Of a stretch of 64,000 nucleotides of DNA, positions 40,610-49,970 are shown piece by piece. Source of the stretch: Patescibacteria group bacterium (GTDB lineage: Bacteria; Patescibacteriota; Patescibacteriia; UBA10025; JAHIVO01); NCBI GenBank assembly GCA_049325535.1, contig JBMOKY010000001.1, positions 1,074,118-1,138,117 on the forward strand, in the 5' to 3' direction. Every line of letters starts with the position of its first letter. Positions within the stretch are counted from its first letter, which is position 1. The notes under the pieces were generated by a model. It was not told where the DNA came from. It searched no databases and saw only the letters and a list, made by a program, of their open reading frames with translations. The position numbers were made by a program, and so were the translations under genes.

Positions 40610-41836
40610 TTATTTGAGCTGGTGGTTTACCCTGAGCGCATCATCAACGGAACTGTTCATCCGGATCAAATACAAAGTATAGATAATAAGTACCGTACAC
40701 AGGATGATGACCGCTGAAATAGCGGCGTACCCAAATGACTGCGGCCCCCACACCTGCCAGATCAATGGAAACGACGCATAATTAAGTATATCATACACCA
40801 CCACCAGCCATATCAAGCGTTTGTCCGCCACCAGGATGATAAGTGGCACGGCCCAGATGATCCACTGAGGTGAATAAAACCGCGAGCAGAGGGTAAAAAT
40901 GAGCACGCCGAGCGCCATCCAGCCAGCCAGCTGCGCCGGCGTGGTGAGATACCGCATCAGCACCCGGGGCTGTATGAGCGCCACCAGCGGCAATGAGAAT
41001 TGCAGCAGCAGGAATATCGTCAGACCAAGGTAATTCAGCTGTTCAATCCCGGTCGAGAGCAACGGCCCCTGCACGAACAGATAATACAGGCTACCCACGC
41101 CTCCCGGACGCGCTCCGTGAAAAAAATACGGCCTGAGCGAAGTAAATCCGTCAAAAACAAAAGACAGTGCCAAAAAGCCGATGACGACGGCAGCGCCATA
41201 CCCCAGGAACTGCCGCTGGGATGATCGAGCCATGACACCTTCGGTCTGCCGGATATACAGATACATCAGCGGCACAAAAATAACCGGATACCATTTGGTG
41301 AGTATGGCGATGGCAAAGACGATGGCGGCCATACGCCAGCGCCGCGATAGTACCAGCCACAGGCCAATCTGTACCCCAAGCGCCACCAACACGTCAAAAC
41401 GATTCATACCAAAATACAGTAACGACGGCAGCGCCAGAAGCAGCACCAACCACGGCGACCGCTGCAATCTTCGCAAGAGTCGCACGGTGACATAGACGAG
41501 GCCAAGGTACACCGCCAGATTCATGATGATAAATACCGTGCGATATGTATCATAGCCACCGGTAAAGATATACGGGAGGGTGATATACCCCAGTCCAATC
41601 TGCGGATACTCCTGAAAAATGCTGGCATCATAGGGAGTGACCCCCTGGGTGACCCAGCTGCCGCGATCATGAAATACGCTGATCTCATGGTCATCCCGCA
41701 GCAAGCGAGCCCGCGTCCCTTCGCTGAGCCAGTCAGTGGCGACAAAATCCGGAGCAAATAGCACAAATGTGCCGGCGGCCCCGACGATGATCATGGCCAG
41801 CCACATTGCCCATCGGGATGAAACCAATCTCATCAT
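40610..41836 (-). CDS. GT-C-fold membrane glycosyltransferase-like protein (DUF2029/GT87-like)
   Basis: About 11 TM. Translationally coupled to both neighbours. Confidence 0.5.
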   Translation of the reverse strand: MMRLVSSRWAMWLAMIIVGAAGTFVLFAPDFVATDWLSEGTRARLLRDDHEISVFHDRGSWVTQGVTPYDASIFQEYPQIGLGYITLPYIFTGGYDTYRTVFIIMNLAVYLGLVYVTVRLLRRLQRSPWLVLLLALPSLLYFGMNRFDVLVALGVQIGLWLVLSRRWRMAAIVFAIAILTKWYPVIFVPLMYLYIRQTEGVMARSSQRQFLGYGAAVVIGFLALSFVFDGFTSLRPYFFHGARPGGVGSLYYLFVQGPLLSTGIEQLNYLGLTIFLLLQFSLPLVALIQPRVLMRYLTTPAQLAGWMALGVLIFTLCSRFYSPQWIIWAVPLIILVADKRLIWLVVVYDILNYASFPLIWQVWGPQSFGYAAISAVIILCTVLIIYTLYLIRMNSSVDDALRVNHQLK

Positions 41837-43449
41837 AGCGATTGGGGCAATACCTCATAAATCGAAGCTTCGTCGTCACGATACGCACGGCGCAAACCAT
41901 TCGATTCCTCAGCCATGCGTTCCATGGCATGATGTGACGACTCAATAAAGACATACCGAGCATGAAACGTATCCCGGATCAGCTCATACCCCTTGTCCGT
42001 ATCCTTTCCGGTCGTGATGTCTACGATATGCCGATACAATTCCGGGCTGTATTCATAGGTAAAAGTCGGGTCCAGTCCGCTGATATAATAGGTGGACGGG
42101 CTTCGAAAAAAAAGTATAGGGAATTCGTCCCAGCTGGAATGGAATACGATATCCCCTGGCTGGGCATGGGTAGACAGCCATTGGCCGGCGCCGGCAAACC
42201 TCGTGACGGGTATGCCACCCATATAATCACTGCGGAGACGGACGAGATCCTTCGCCACGACCGCCGGAACGCCAACGGCAAAGTACACCACCAGTATAGT
42301 GGTGACCACCGAGTACCGGGTCGCGAACTGCCATACTGCTTTCCCTATGTCGCCCATGGTCTGCCGGCGTAATACGTGCTGCACTGTAAAGGCGATCCAG
42401 GTGACTGTGACTGGAATATAATACTCCACATACCGCCGTGATTTCAGGGTAAATGCCAAATAAAAAATAAAAAGTAAAAACAGCGCCAATTGCTTTCGGG
42501 AGTACGTCCGGTACAGGCCCATCAGTATGGCGGCCAATACGGCTAACACCGTGACTAAGACCGACTGGGTCCATAAATCAAATAGTTTATACGGGTACCA
42601 CTCCCCACCCACCGGGATGACCGTCTGATAGTTGACCACCCCGATTTGCACCAATTGCTGCCAATAAAACTGCAGGTTGGTGGGGAAATGCGGGTTGATG
42701 ATGATGCCCGCTAGGGTGCCTGCAAGCACGATCGCCATCATGCGGAGCTCCCGACTGTGTGAAATCACCAGCCAAAAAGAACGGCGCACATCCCGAAACC
42801 AATCGAGACCGATGCTCACCAGCGCATACGCACCGGCGGCGATGGGCAATACAATAAACCCCCCATACGCCCAGACAAACGCCCCGGAGATAAAAAGCAG
42901 GGTCAGGTACCGATACCGGAACAAGGCGTACAATCCACCAAATAAAAAGAGCAGGGAAACTACCGGCGCCTTGACCAGATTCAGCCGAAACATAAACGGC
43001 GTGGTCACCAGCAGCAGCACGGTAAACCAAAATGCAAACGGCACCCGGTGACGCCTGAAGAGGCTGTACATCAGGACGATCAGCGCAGTATTGAGCATGA
43101 CCTGGACAAATTTCGCCCCCAGAATCGGATCGGCAAATTCCGTAAATGGGATCAACAATACATGGTAGAGAAAATGCTGATTGATATATGCATCCTTCAG
43201 CGTCGATACTTGGAGCCAGGGGAATTCAGTGATGACGCCATGTTCCACGATACTGCGCGACATCTGGATATGGTAAAACGAATCCGGATCAGGAAATGTG
43301 GAAATCGTCTGAACATAGGTAAAAAGCGACAGGCTCATGATGATGACAAGCAGATACGACACATACCACCATTGGCGCCTCATCCATCCTAAAATTGTAC
43401 TGAGTCTGTTCATAATGACGAAAGGGTACCAATAGTCTCCGCCAAGCAT
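41833..43449 (-). CDS. Large GT-C-A type membrane protein (about 13 TM plus a roughly 140-aa C-terminal extracytoplasmic domain; STT3/ArnT/PMT-like architecture)
   Basis: The first external loop has FPDPDSFYH (a D-x-D-type acidic motif). The C-terminal domain after the last TM contains HSSWDEFP. Confidence 0.5.
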   Translation of the reverse strand: MLGGDYWYPFVIMNRLSTILGWMRRQWWYVSYLLVIIMSLSLFTYVQTISTFPDPDSFYHIQMSRSIVEHGVITEFPWLQVSTLKDAYINQHFLYHVLLIPFTEFADPILGAKFVQVMLNTALIVLMYSLFRRHRVPFAFWFTVLLLVTTPFMFRLNLVKAPVVSLLFLFGGLYALFRYRYLTLLFISGAFVWAYGGFIVLPIAAGAYALVSIGLDWFRDVRRSFWLVISHSRELRMMAIVLAGTLAGIIINPHFPTNLQFYWQQLVQIGVVNYQTVIPVGGEWYPYKLFDLWTQSVLVTVLAVLAAILMGLYRTYSRKQLALFLLFIFYLAFTLKSRRYVEYYIPVTVTWIAFTVQHVLRRQTMGDIGKAVWQFATRYSVVTTILVVYFAVGVPAVVAKDLVRLRSDYMGGIPVTRFAGAGQWLSTHAQPGDIVFHSSWDEFPILFFRSPSTYYISGLDPTFTYEYSPELYRHIVDITTGKDTDKGYELIRDTFHARYVFIESSHHAMERMAEESNGLRRAYRDDEASIYEVLPQSL

Positions 43450-43504
43450 GGGGGCGGAGACTACGAAGACAGCTTAGCAATCATACGGACATCCGACAAG
43501 TAAT

Positions 43505-44572
43505 CTACCGTAATTGTTTTTTAAAATAATCAACAACCGGTATCGGAGATGGATCCACACCATTGAGGATGCCCAGATAGAAACTAACATAACTGGACAA
43601 TAACAATAATTCCACTATCTGTTGTAAATCACCGGCTCCGCGGGTCTGATATGTCATTGCGTTGATGCCGGCCCTCCGCAGCACTCGCTCAGTTATGATA
43701 AAACGTTTCCGATTACGCTGATGGTATTGAGAAGATTGTAGCAAAATAAAAGCAAGGGTGCGCGGATTAGTCCGGGGAAAGGGCAGCCCCTCCATCAGGT
43801 GATGATTCATTTCGGAAATGAGAAAATAGTTGGCAAAGGACTTTCCATTTTCATTTATTTGATTAGCCATAATATGCGCATTGCCCGCTAAATGCTCAGC
43901 GGCAATAACAACCCCTTGGCGACCATGGAGGTACGAAGCGATTTTTTTTGCTTGGTTGCGGGTAGTGGGCACCGCGACACCAAATTGCTTGTGCAAAACG
44001 ATGATATGCCGGATGGCAGCATTGAATTCAGCATTGGCAATATGTACAAATCCAGCCTGCTGCAACAACGACAAAACGCCAATCAAAGAATACCCCAGCC
44101 CCATCCGCGGCTGATTTGAGGGGTTGAACCGGGGGTCAAAAATATAGGCGGGAATGTGGTGCTGTTTCGCCTGCGCCGCCAGCACACCGCCCGCGCCAAT
44201 CAACAGTATCTTGTTTGTCCGCTTTCGGGCTTCCGTAAGCGAAGCGGTCACCTCTTCAGTCGTCCCCGAATAGCTGGAACAAATAGCCAGCGTATGCCGA
44301 TCGACGAAGCGAGGCACGCGGTATTGATTAGTCACGATAAATGGGACTGCGAGCCGAGCTTGAAATGCGTGACGCACCACGTCCGCTCCCAGCGCTGAGC
44401 CGCCCATACCATTGAACCATATTGTGCGCGCTGAGCGGTACGCGGCCGGGATGCGAATCGTGGAAACATCATCACGCGCCTGCTGGCACTGCAGCGCCAA
44501 GGATTCAATTGATCCGATCATCCCTTGCTGGTCAAGTTTTTTTATGGCTTTAAAATTATCGAGACGATGCAT
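43505..44572 (-). CDS. Bifunctional phosphoglucose/phosphomannose isomerase (SIS-domain, archaeal-type PGI/PMI)
   Basis: Two SIS-like segments (FNGMGGSALGADV..., ICSSYSGTTEE) and length typical of the bifunctional PGI/PMI family. Confidence 0.7.
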   Translation of the reverse strand: MHRLDNFKAIKKLDQQGMIGSIESLALQCQQARDDVSTIRIPAAYRSARTIWFNGMGGSALGADVVRHAFQARLAVPFIVTNQYRVPRFVDRHTLAICSSYSGTTEEVTASLTEARKRTNKILLIGAGGVLAAQAKQHHIPAYIFDPRFNPSNQPRMGLGYSLIGVLSLLQQAGFVHIANAEFNAAIRHIIVLHKQFGVAVPTTRNQAKKIASYLHGRQGVVIAAEHLAGNAHIMANQINENGKSFANYFLISEMNHHLMEGLPFPRTNPRTLAFILLQSSQYHQRNRKRFIITERVLRRAGINAMTYQTRGAGDLQQIVELLLLSSYVSFYLGILNGVDPSPIPVVDYFKKQLR

Positions 44573-44669
44573 ATGGCATCAGGCTAATTAAAAAATGATG
44601 TATTGATAATACCACATAAATATGGTATAGTAAACGTATTCAGACCTGTTTTGCGGTATCAAAAAAAGT

Positions 44670-45392
44670 ATGTCCGGACACTCCAAGTGGGCTCAAATAA
44701 AACGCCAGAAAGCGGTCACCGACCAACGTCGTAGTGGCCTTTTTACCAAACTGGCAAACGCCATCACCATCGCGGCCAAACAAGGAGGAACGGATCCCAA
44801 CATGAATTTTCGCCTACGTATGGCCATCGATAAAGCGAAGGAAGGAAATATGCCGAATGACAATATTGACCGGGCGATCCAGCGGGCTGCGGGGGGAGAA
44901 GACGGTGCCAGCATTGAGGAAATCGTGTACGAAGGGTATGGGCCCCATGGGGTGGCGCTGGTTATCGAAGCGGCCACGGATAACAAAAACCGCACCGCCA
45001 GTACCATTAAACAAATACTGGCAAAAAATAACGCCAGCCTCGGCGGTCCGAACAGCGTCATGTGGATGTTTGACCGCAAAGGCGTGGTCCTGGTTGCTGC
45101 CGACCAGATATCCGACGCCGATGCTTTTGAACTGCGGGCGATTGATGCCGGGGCCGATGACATCGTCCGCTCACCCGAAGGATTTACCATCTATACGAGC
45201 TACGACCGGCTCACTGCCCTGAAAAAAAATTTGGAATCAACAGGATGCGTCGTCACATCCGCCGATATCGCCCTAGTTCCGCAAACAACCGTTCCACTCT
45301 CGGAAAAAGACGCATCGGGGATCCGCACATTGCTCGATGAACTCGAGCACAATGAAGATGTCACGAATTACTACACGAATGCCGACGTCTAA
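44670..45392 (+). CDS. yebC: YebC/PmpR family transcriptional regulator
   Basis: MSGHSKWAQIKRQKAVTDQRRSGLFTKLANAI is the canonical N-terminus. Confidence 0.85.
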   Translation: MSGHSKWAQIKRQKAVTDQRRSGLFTKLANAITIAAKQGGTDPNMNFRLRMAIDKAKEGNMPNDNIDRAIQRAAGGEDGASIEEIVYEGYGPHGVALVIEAATDNKNRTASTIKQILAKNNASLGGPNSVMWMFDRKGVVLVAADQISDADAFELRAIDAGADDIVRSPEGFTIYTSYDRLTALKKNLESTGCVVTSADIALVPQTTVPLSEKDASGIRTLLDELEHNEDVTNYYTNADV

Positions 45393-45891
45393 ACGGACGC
45401 CAATCGTCATGGGGATCGACCCCGGACTGGCCACCACCGGATACGGCATCATTCAGGAATCAGGCAGTGGATACCGCCTGATCGCCGCAGGGGCCATCAT
45501 CACGAAGCCGACCCTCACCTTCGGCAAACGACTCCAGCGTATATACAGCGACATCGGCCGACTGATTACCCGCCACCACCCGAGTATCATCGGCATTGAG
45601 CAGCTATTCTTCGCTCGCAATGTCAGCACCGCGCTGACGGTCGGTCAGGCACGCGGGGTCATCTGTCTCGCCTGCGCCCACCATGCCTGTACTATCCGCG
45701 AATTTACACCGCTGCAGATTAAACAAGCGCTCACCGGATACGGTCATGCCGACAAAGTGCAAATGCAAAAAATGGTGACACTGATACTCAAACTTAAGAC
45801 CGCCCCACAGCCCGACGACGTGGCCGACGCATTGGCCATCGCCCTCTGTACTGCCCAGACTAAGCATTTTGTTAATCAAAAAACTCGATAA
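45379..45891 (+). CDS. ruvC: Holliday junction resolvase RuvC
   Basis: MGIDPGLATTGYGI and the downstream acidic catalytic residues are present. The start is uncertain (45379 or 45409). Confidence 0.8.
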   Translation: MPTSKRTPIVMGIDPGLATTGYGIIQESGSGYRLIAAGAIITKPTLTFGKRLQRIYSDIGRLITRHHPSIIGIEQLFFARNVSTALTVGQARGVICLACAHHACTIREFTPLQIKQALTGYGHADKVQMQKMVTLILKLKTAPQPDDVADALAIALCTAQTKHFVNQKTR

Positions 45892-47366
45892 TGCCCGCGC
45901 AAAAAAAACTACGCATCGCCTGTGTCGCCTCCGAGGTGGCGCCGTACTCAAAAACCGGCGGGCTCGGTGACGTGGCGAAGGCGTTGCCAAAAGCGCTGTC
46001 CGAAAAAGGACACCAAGTATTCATCATCACCCCCTTCTACAAATTCATGCGGGAGCAAAATTTGGATACCCATCCAGTTCCAGTAAAAACCAGCGTCACC
46101 ATCGGCAAAACAAAATATAGTATTCACTTTAGTTCACTTAATTATTCCGACCACCTGACTATATTTTTCATCCACAATGGACCGCTCTTTAGTGATCGAT
46201 CCCGAGTCTACGGGTATCCTAACGACAGCATTCGTTTTCTGGTTTTCGACGCTGCGGCATTGAAGCTTCTGGAACTGCTGAAACTGAAGCCAGATGTCAT
46301 CCACTGCCATGATTGGCAAACCGGACTCATCCCCAACATCCTCTGCAAACAAAAAAAACGATACCCGTCATTGCGAAAAACGGCGACTCTGTTCACTATC
46401 CACAATCTGACCTACCAAATGGCCGGCAACTGGTGGGAGGTCAAGCCTCGATACGCCGATAACGGTCGCTGTGATCCCACGCTCAAAACACAAGCTGAAA
46501 CCAAACATCTCAATTTTACAAAACGCGCCATTTTTTATGCTGACCTGATAAGCACGGTCAGTGAGCGGTATGCCGAGGAAATCACCACGCCAGAACTCGG
46601 CCAAGGCATGGATCGCTATTTGCGGCAGCGTAAAGATGACCTCTACGGTATCATCAATGGTATCGATTACACCGTCTACAATCCCGCCTATGACCGACAC
46701 CTGCCCTACCCCTACGACTGGAATAGCCTCGGCGGCAAAAAGAAAAACAAGCTCGCCCTACAAAAAAAAGTTAAGCTTGAGCAAAACATCGATATTCCAC
46801 TTATCGGGGTGGTGAACCGCCTGACGGAACAAAAGGGATTCCAGCTGATCATGGAATCAATCGACATACTCACCCGGCTTCCTCTGCAAATGGTAATCGT
46901 CGGCAGCGGGTTTAAAGAATATGTTGCCTTCTTCAAACGGGTAGCAAAAAAACATCCTAAAAAAATCAGTATCTACACCCCATTTTCTGAAGAATTGGCC
47001 TCACTCGTATATGCCGGCTCTGACATGTTTCTGATGCCGTCTCGTTTCGAGCCCTGCGGCCTGTCCCAACTGATCAGCCTGCGCTATGGATCAGTGCCGA
47101 TCGTGCACGAAACAGGGGGCCTGTCCGACACTGTTACCCATTACAACCCGCGGACAAAAAAAGGGAACGGTTTTGTCTTCAAACAATATAGCACCGCTGA
47201 TTTTCTCATTGCCGTCACCCGGGCTATGGAAAATTATAAATACAGCGACGCCTGGGAGCAGCTGACCCGCCGGGGGATGCAACAAACCTATTCCTGGGAA
47301 CTGCCCGCGCAAAAATATATCCAACTGTACTTTTTGGCGCAAAAAAAGAAAGGGGGTCGACCATGA
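45891..47366 (+). CDS. glgA: Glycogen (starch) synthase, GT5
   Basis: LRIACVASEVAPYSKTGGLGDVAKALPKAL is the canonical GlgA N-terminal K-T-G-G-L motif. Confidence 0.85.
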   Translation: MPAQKKLRIACVASEVAPYSKTGGLGDVAKALPKALSEKGHQVFIITPFYKFMREQNLDTHPVPVKTSVTIGKTKYSIHFSSLNYSDHLTIFFIHNGPLFSDRSRVYGYPNDSIRFLVFDAAALKLLELLKLKPDVIHCHDWQTGLIPNILCKQKKRYPSLRKTATLFTIHNLTYQMAGNWWEVKPRYADNGRCDPTLKTQAETKHLNFTKRAIFYADLISTVSERYAEEITTPELGQGMDRYLRQRKDDLYGIINGIDYTVYNPAYDRHLPYPYDWNSLGGKKKNKLALQKKVKLEQNIDIPLIGVVNRLTEQKGFQLIMESIDILTRLPLQMVIVGSGFKEYVAFFKRVAKKHPKKISIYTPFSEELASLVYAGSDMFLMPSRFEPCGLSQLISLRYGSVPIVHETGGLSDTVTHYNPRTKKGNGFVFKQYSTADFLIAVTRAMENYKYSDAWEQLTRRGMQQTYSWELPAQKYIQLYFLAQKKKGGRP

Positions 47367-48577
47367 TGCGCTGGGCAAATTTTTTTCATATCTATCAGCC
47401 GCCCCGTTGGGCGGCGTCAACCATCCGCAAGGTTACTCGTGAGAGCTATCGGCCATTGGTCCGCATTTTGAAACTCCATCCGCGCATTCATCTGACGCTG
47501 AACATTGCCGGCTCACTGACGGAACAATTGGCTGCGCTCGGCTACCGGAATCTGCTCCAGGATATCCGCCTATTGCTGAGACGCGGACAGATAGAAATAA
47601 CCGGAACGGCGCTCTATCACCCTATCTTGCCCAAACTACCCTCCACTGAGATCCGCCGGCAAATACTGCTCAATACCCGCATCAATCAGAAATTTTTTGG
47701 CGCCGACTTCCACCCCCGGGGTATATATTTTCCTGAAATGGCCTACGGCCACGCGGCGGCCACCGTCAGCAAAAAACTCGGGTACCGCTGGATGATCCTG
47801 GATGAGATTGCTTATGATGGAACACTCGGACGCACTCAGTTCACCAGCCATTACCGCCATGCCCGCACCGGACAATCGATCATCCTGCGCAATAAAATCG
47901 TCAGTGACTACATCGCTTTTTCCGCACCACTGCGACAGCCAGCGGCATTCTGGCGGCATCTGGAAGAAGATGGACGATCTGACCGCGTCCTAGTGACCGC
48001 TATGGATGGGGAAACGCTCGGGCACCACCGTCCCGGGGCTGACACGTTGTGGCAACGGCTTGTCACTGACCCGCGAGTGCACGCCATGACCATGACTGAG
48101 TTACTGGCGACTCTTGACCGCCCCCGGCGGCTGTTGCCCCGGCCGTCGAGCTGGTCATCCCGGCCGACGGAACTGCGCCATCACCACCCCTATCTGCTCT
48201 GGGATGACCCGACAAATCCCATCCATCCGCTCCAGTGGCAACTGCTTAATCGGGTGCTGCGGCTCGTCCAGCGCTCATCTCATGCCCAGGCGCGGATGCT
48301 GATGGATCAGACGCTGGCCTCTGATCAATTTTGGTGGGCGTCGGCCAAACCATGGTGGAGCAAAAAAATAGTCGACGCCAAGGTTCGCGAGCTAGCCGCC
48401 ATTGCCATGCTGCTACAGCCTCCGGCCACCTGGGCCAACCGGCTGGCCGACCGGATCATTACCCTGACCAGCCAATGGCAAACGAGCGGCCGGTACCAGC
48501 GCATCACCCAGCGCTACCTGGCCAGTAGCCCGTATGAATTTGTACACTATATCGGTGGCAAACGAATAACTTCCTAA
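47363..48577 (+). CDS. Glycoside hydrolase family 57 protein (alpha-glucan branching/processing enzyme type)
   Basis: N-terminal FFHIYQPP and the catalytic-region motif TAMDGETLGHHRPG, similar to the GH57 FDTELFGHWW motif. Confidence 0.7.
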   Translation: MMRWANFFHIYQPPRWAASTIRKVTRESYRPLVRILKLHPRIHLTLNIAGSLTEQLAALGYRNLLQDIRLLLRRGQIEITGTALYHPILPKLPSTEIRRQILLNTRINQKFFGADFHPRGIYFPEMAYGHAAATVSKKLGYRWMILDEIAYDGTLGRTQFTSHYRHARTGQSIILRNKIVSDYIAFSAPLRQPAAFWRHLEEDGRSDRVLVTAMDGETLGHHRPGADTLWQRLVTDPRVHAMTMTELLATLDRPRRLLPRPSSWSSRPTELRHHHPYLLWDDPTNPIHPLQWQLLNRVLRLVQRSSHAQARMLMDQTLASDQFWWASAKPWWSKKIVDAKVRELAAIAMLLQPPATWANRLADRIITLTSQWQTSGRYQRITQRYLASSPYEFVHYIGGKRITS

Positions 48578-48586
48578 CACGATACT

Positions 48587-49969
48587 ATGTATTGGTCAAA
48601 CTTCCTTCATATTTATCAACCGCCAACACAAAAGGAGTATTGGGTAAAGAAAATCGCCAATGAAAGTTACCGCAAATTAATGACCGGCTTAAAAAAACAT
48701 CCGAGTGCAAAAGTCACGCTCAACATAAATGCCGGCCTGACCGACCTCTTCCACCAGTACGGCTGCCATGACGTCATCCATGACATCAAATTCTTGGCCG
48801 AGCAGGGACAGATAGAGCTTACCGCCAGCGCAAAATACCACCCCTTCCTTCCGCTGATGCCGGAAAAGGAAATTATCCGTCAAATCAAGCTCAACACCGA
48901 AACTAATAAAAAATATTTTGGTGATGTATATAATCCGACAGGTTTTTTCCCGCCGGAAATGGCCTATAGCCGTGCGGTCGGTGATACCGTTGCCAAACTC
49001 GGTTACCGCTGGATGATCCTGGACGAGCTGGCGCATTCGGGTAGTCTCAACACGGTCGACTGGTCAACTATATATACTCTGGCGGGACATGACGACTTTT
49101 TCGTATTCTTTCGCGAACGGGCGGCTAGTTTTCGCATCCTGTCAGCAGAAATTGGGATGAGTGTTTTTTCTGGGAGTATGCTTATTCAACTGCTGGGCGA
49201 ACGCGTGACAAATAATGAATACCTGATTACCGCCATGGACGGGGAAACATTTGGACACCACCGTCCCGGGCTGGAGCAGCTGCTGTTTGATCTCTATGAA
49301 ACCCCGGAACTGCGGGCCGTCACTATGAGTGAGCTTCCCCAGCTCTTCAACCAGCGCACGAGCATCGAACCGCGCCCCTCTTCCTGGGCGCTGATGAAAC
49401 GCGACGTCGAACAAAATACCCCCTACTCCCGTTGGCAGGACAAAGACAATGAAATCCACGATATGCAATGGGAATTAACCTACATGGCCATTGCCGCGGT
49501 CGAAGCGCTTGATCCGACAGACCAGCGCTATACAGCACTCCGCACCAAACTCGATCGCGCCGTTCACTCTGACCAATACTGGTGGGCATCGGCCATGCCC
49601 TGGTGGAGCATCGAGATGGTAGAGGCCGGCGCCAAAGACCTAAAAGATATCATCCAGGATTCTCAAGCATCCGATTCAGAAAAAAAACACGCACAAGTAC
49701 TCTACCAGAACATTCTCTTTACCGCCTTTGACTGGCAGCGCAGCGGCAAAGTCGATGTGATGGCGAAATCAGCCGATGAAGATGTCACCCAGCGCATCAC
49801 GACTGACATCCCCTACATCCCGGAGGAGGAATTTGACACCATGGTGGAAAATCTAAAAAAGCAGATGCTCGAGGCGGCGGACGCCGAAGAATATGAGCGC
49901 GCCGCCCAAATACGCAATCGGGTCCATGAATTGCTGGAGAAAAAAGATCAATTGACCCACAAACACTAG
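48587..49969 (+). CDS. GH57 family protein (paralog) with a C-terminal UVR domain
   Basis: FLHIYQPP and TAMDGETFGHHRPG indicate GH57. The C-terminus LKKQMLEAADAEEYERAAQIRNRVHELLEKK matches the UvrB/UvrC UVR motif. Confidence 0.7.
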   Translation: MYWSNFLHIYQPPTQKEYWVKKIANESYRKLMTGLKKHPSAKVTLNINAGLTDLFHQYGCHDVIHDIKFLAEQGQIELTASAKYHPFLPLMPEKEIIRQIKLNTETNKKYFGDVYNPTGFFPPEMAYSRAVGDTVAKLGYRWMILDELAHSGSLNTVDWSTIYTLAGHDDFFVFFRERAASFRILSAEIGMSVFSGSMLIQLLGERVTNNEYLITAMDGETFGHHRPGLEQLLFDLYETPELRAVTMSELPQLFNQRTSIEPRPSSWALMKRDVEQNTPYSRWQDKDNEIHDMQWELTYMAIAAVEALDPTDQRYTALRTKLDRAVHSDQYWWASAMPWWSIEMVEAGAKDLKDIIQDSQASDSEKKHAQVLYQNILFTAFDWQRSGKVDVMAKSADEDVTQRITTDIPYIPEEEFDTMVENLKKQMLEAADAEEYERAAQIRNRVHELLEKKDQLTHKH

Positions 49970-49970
49970 C

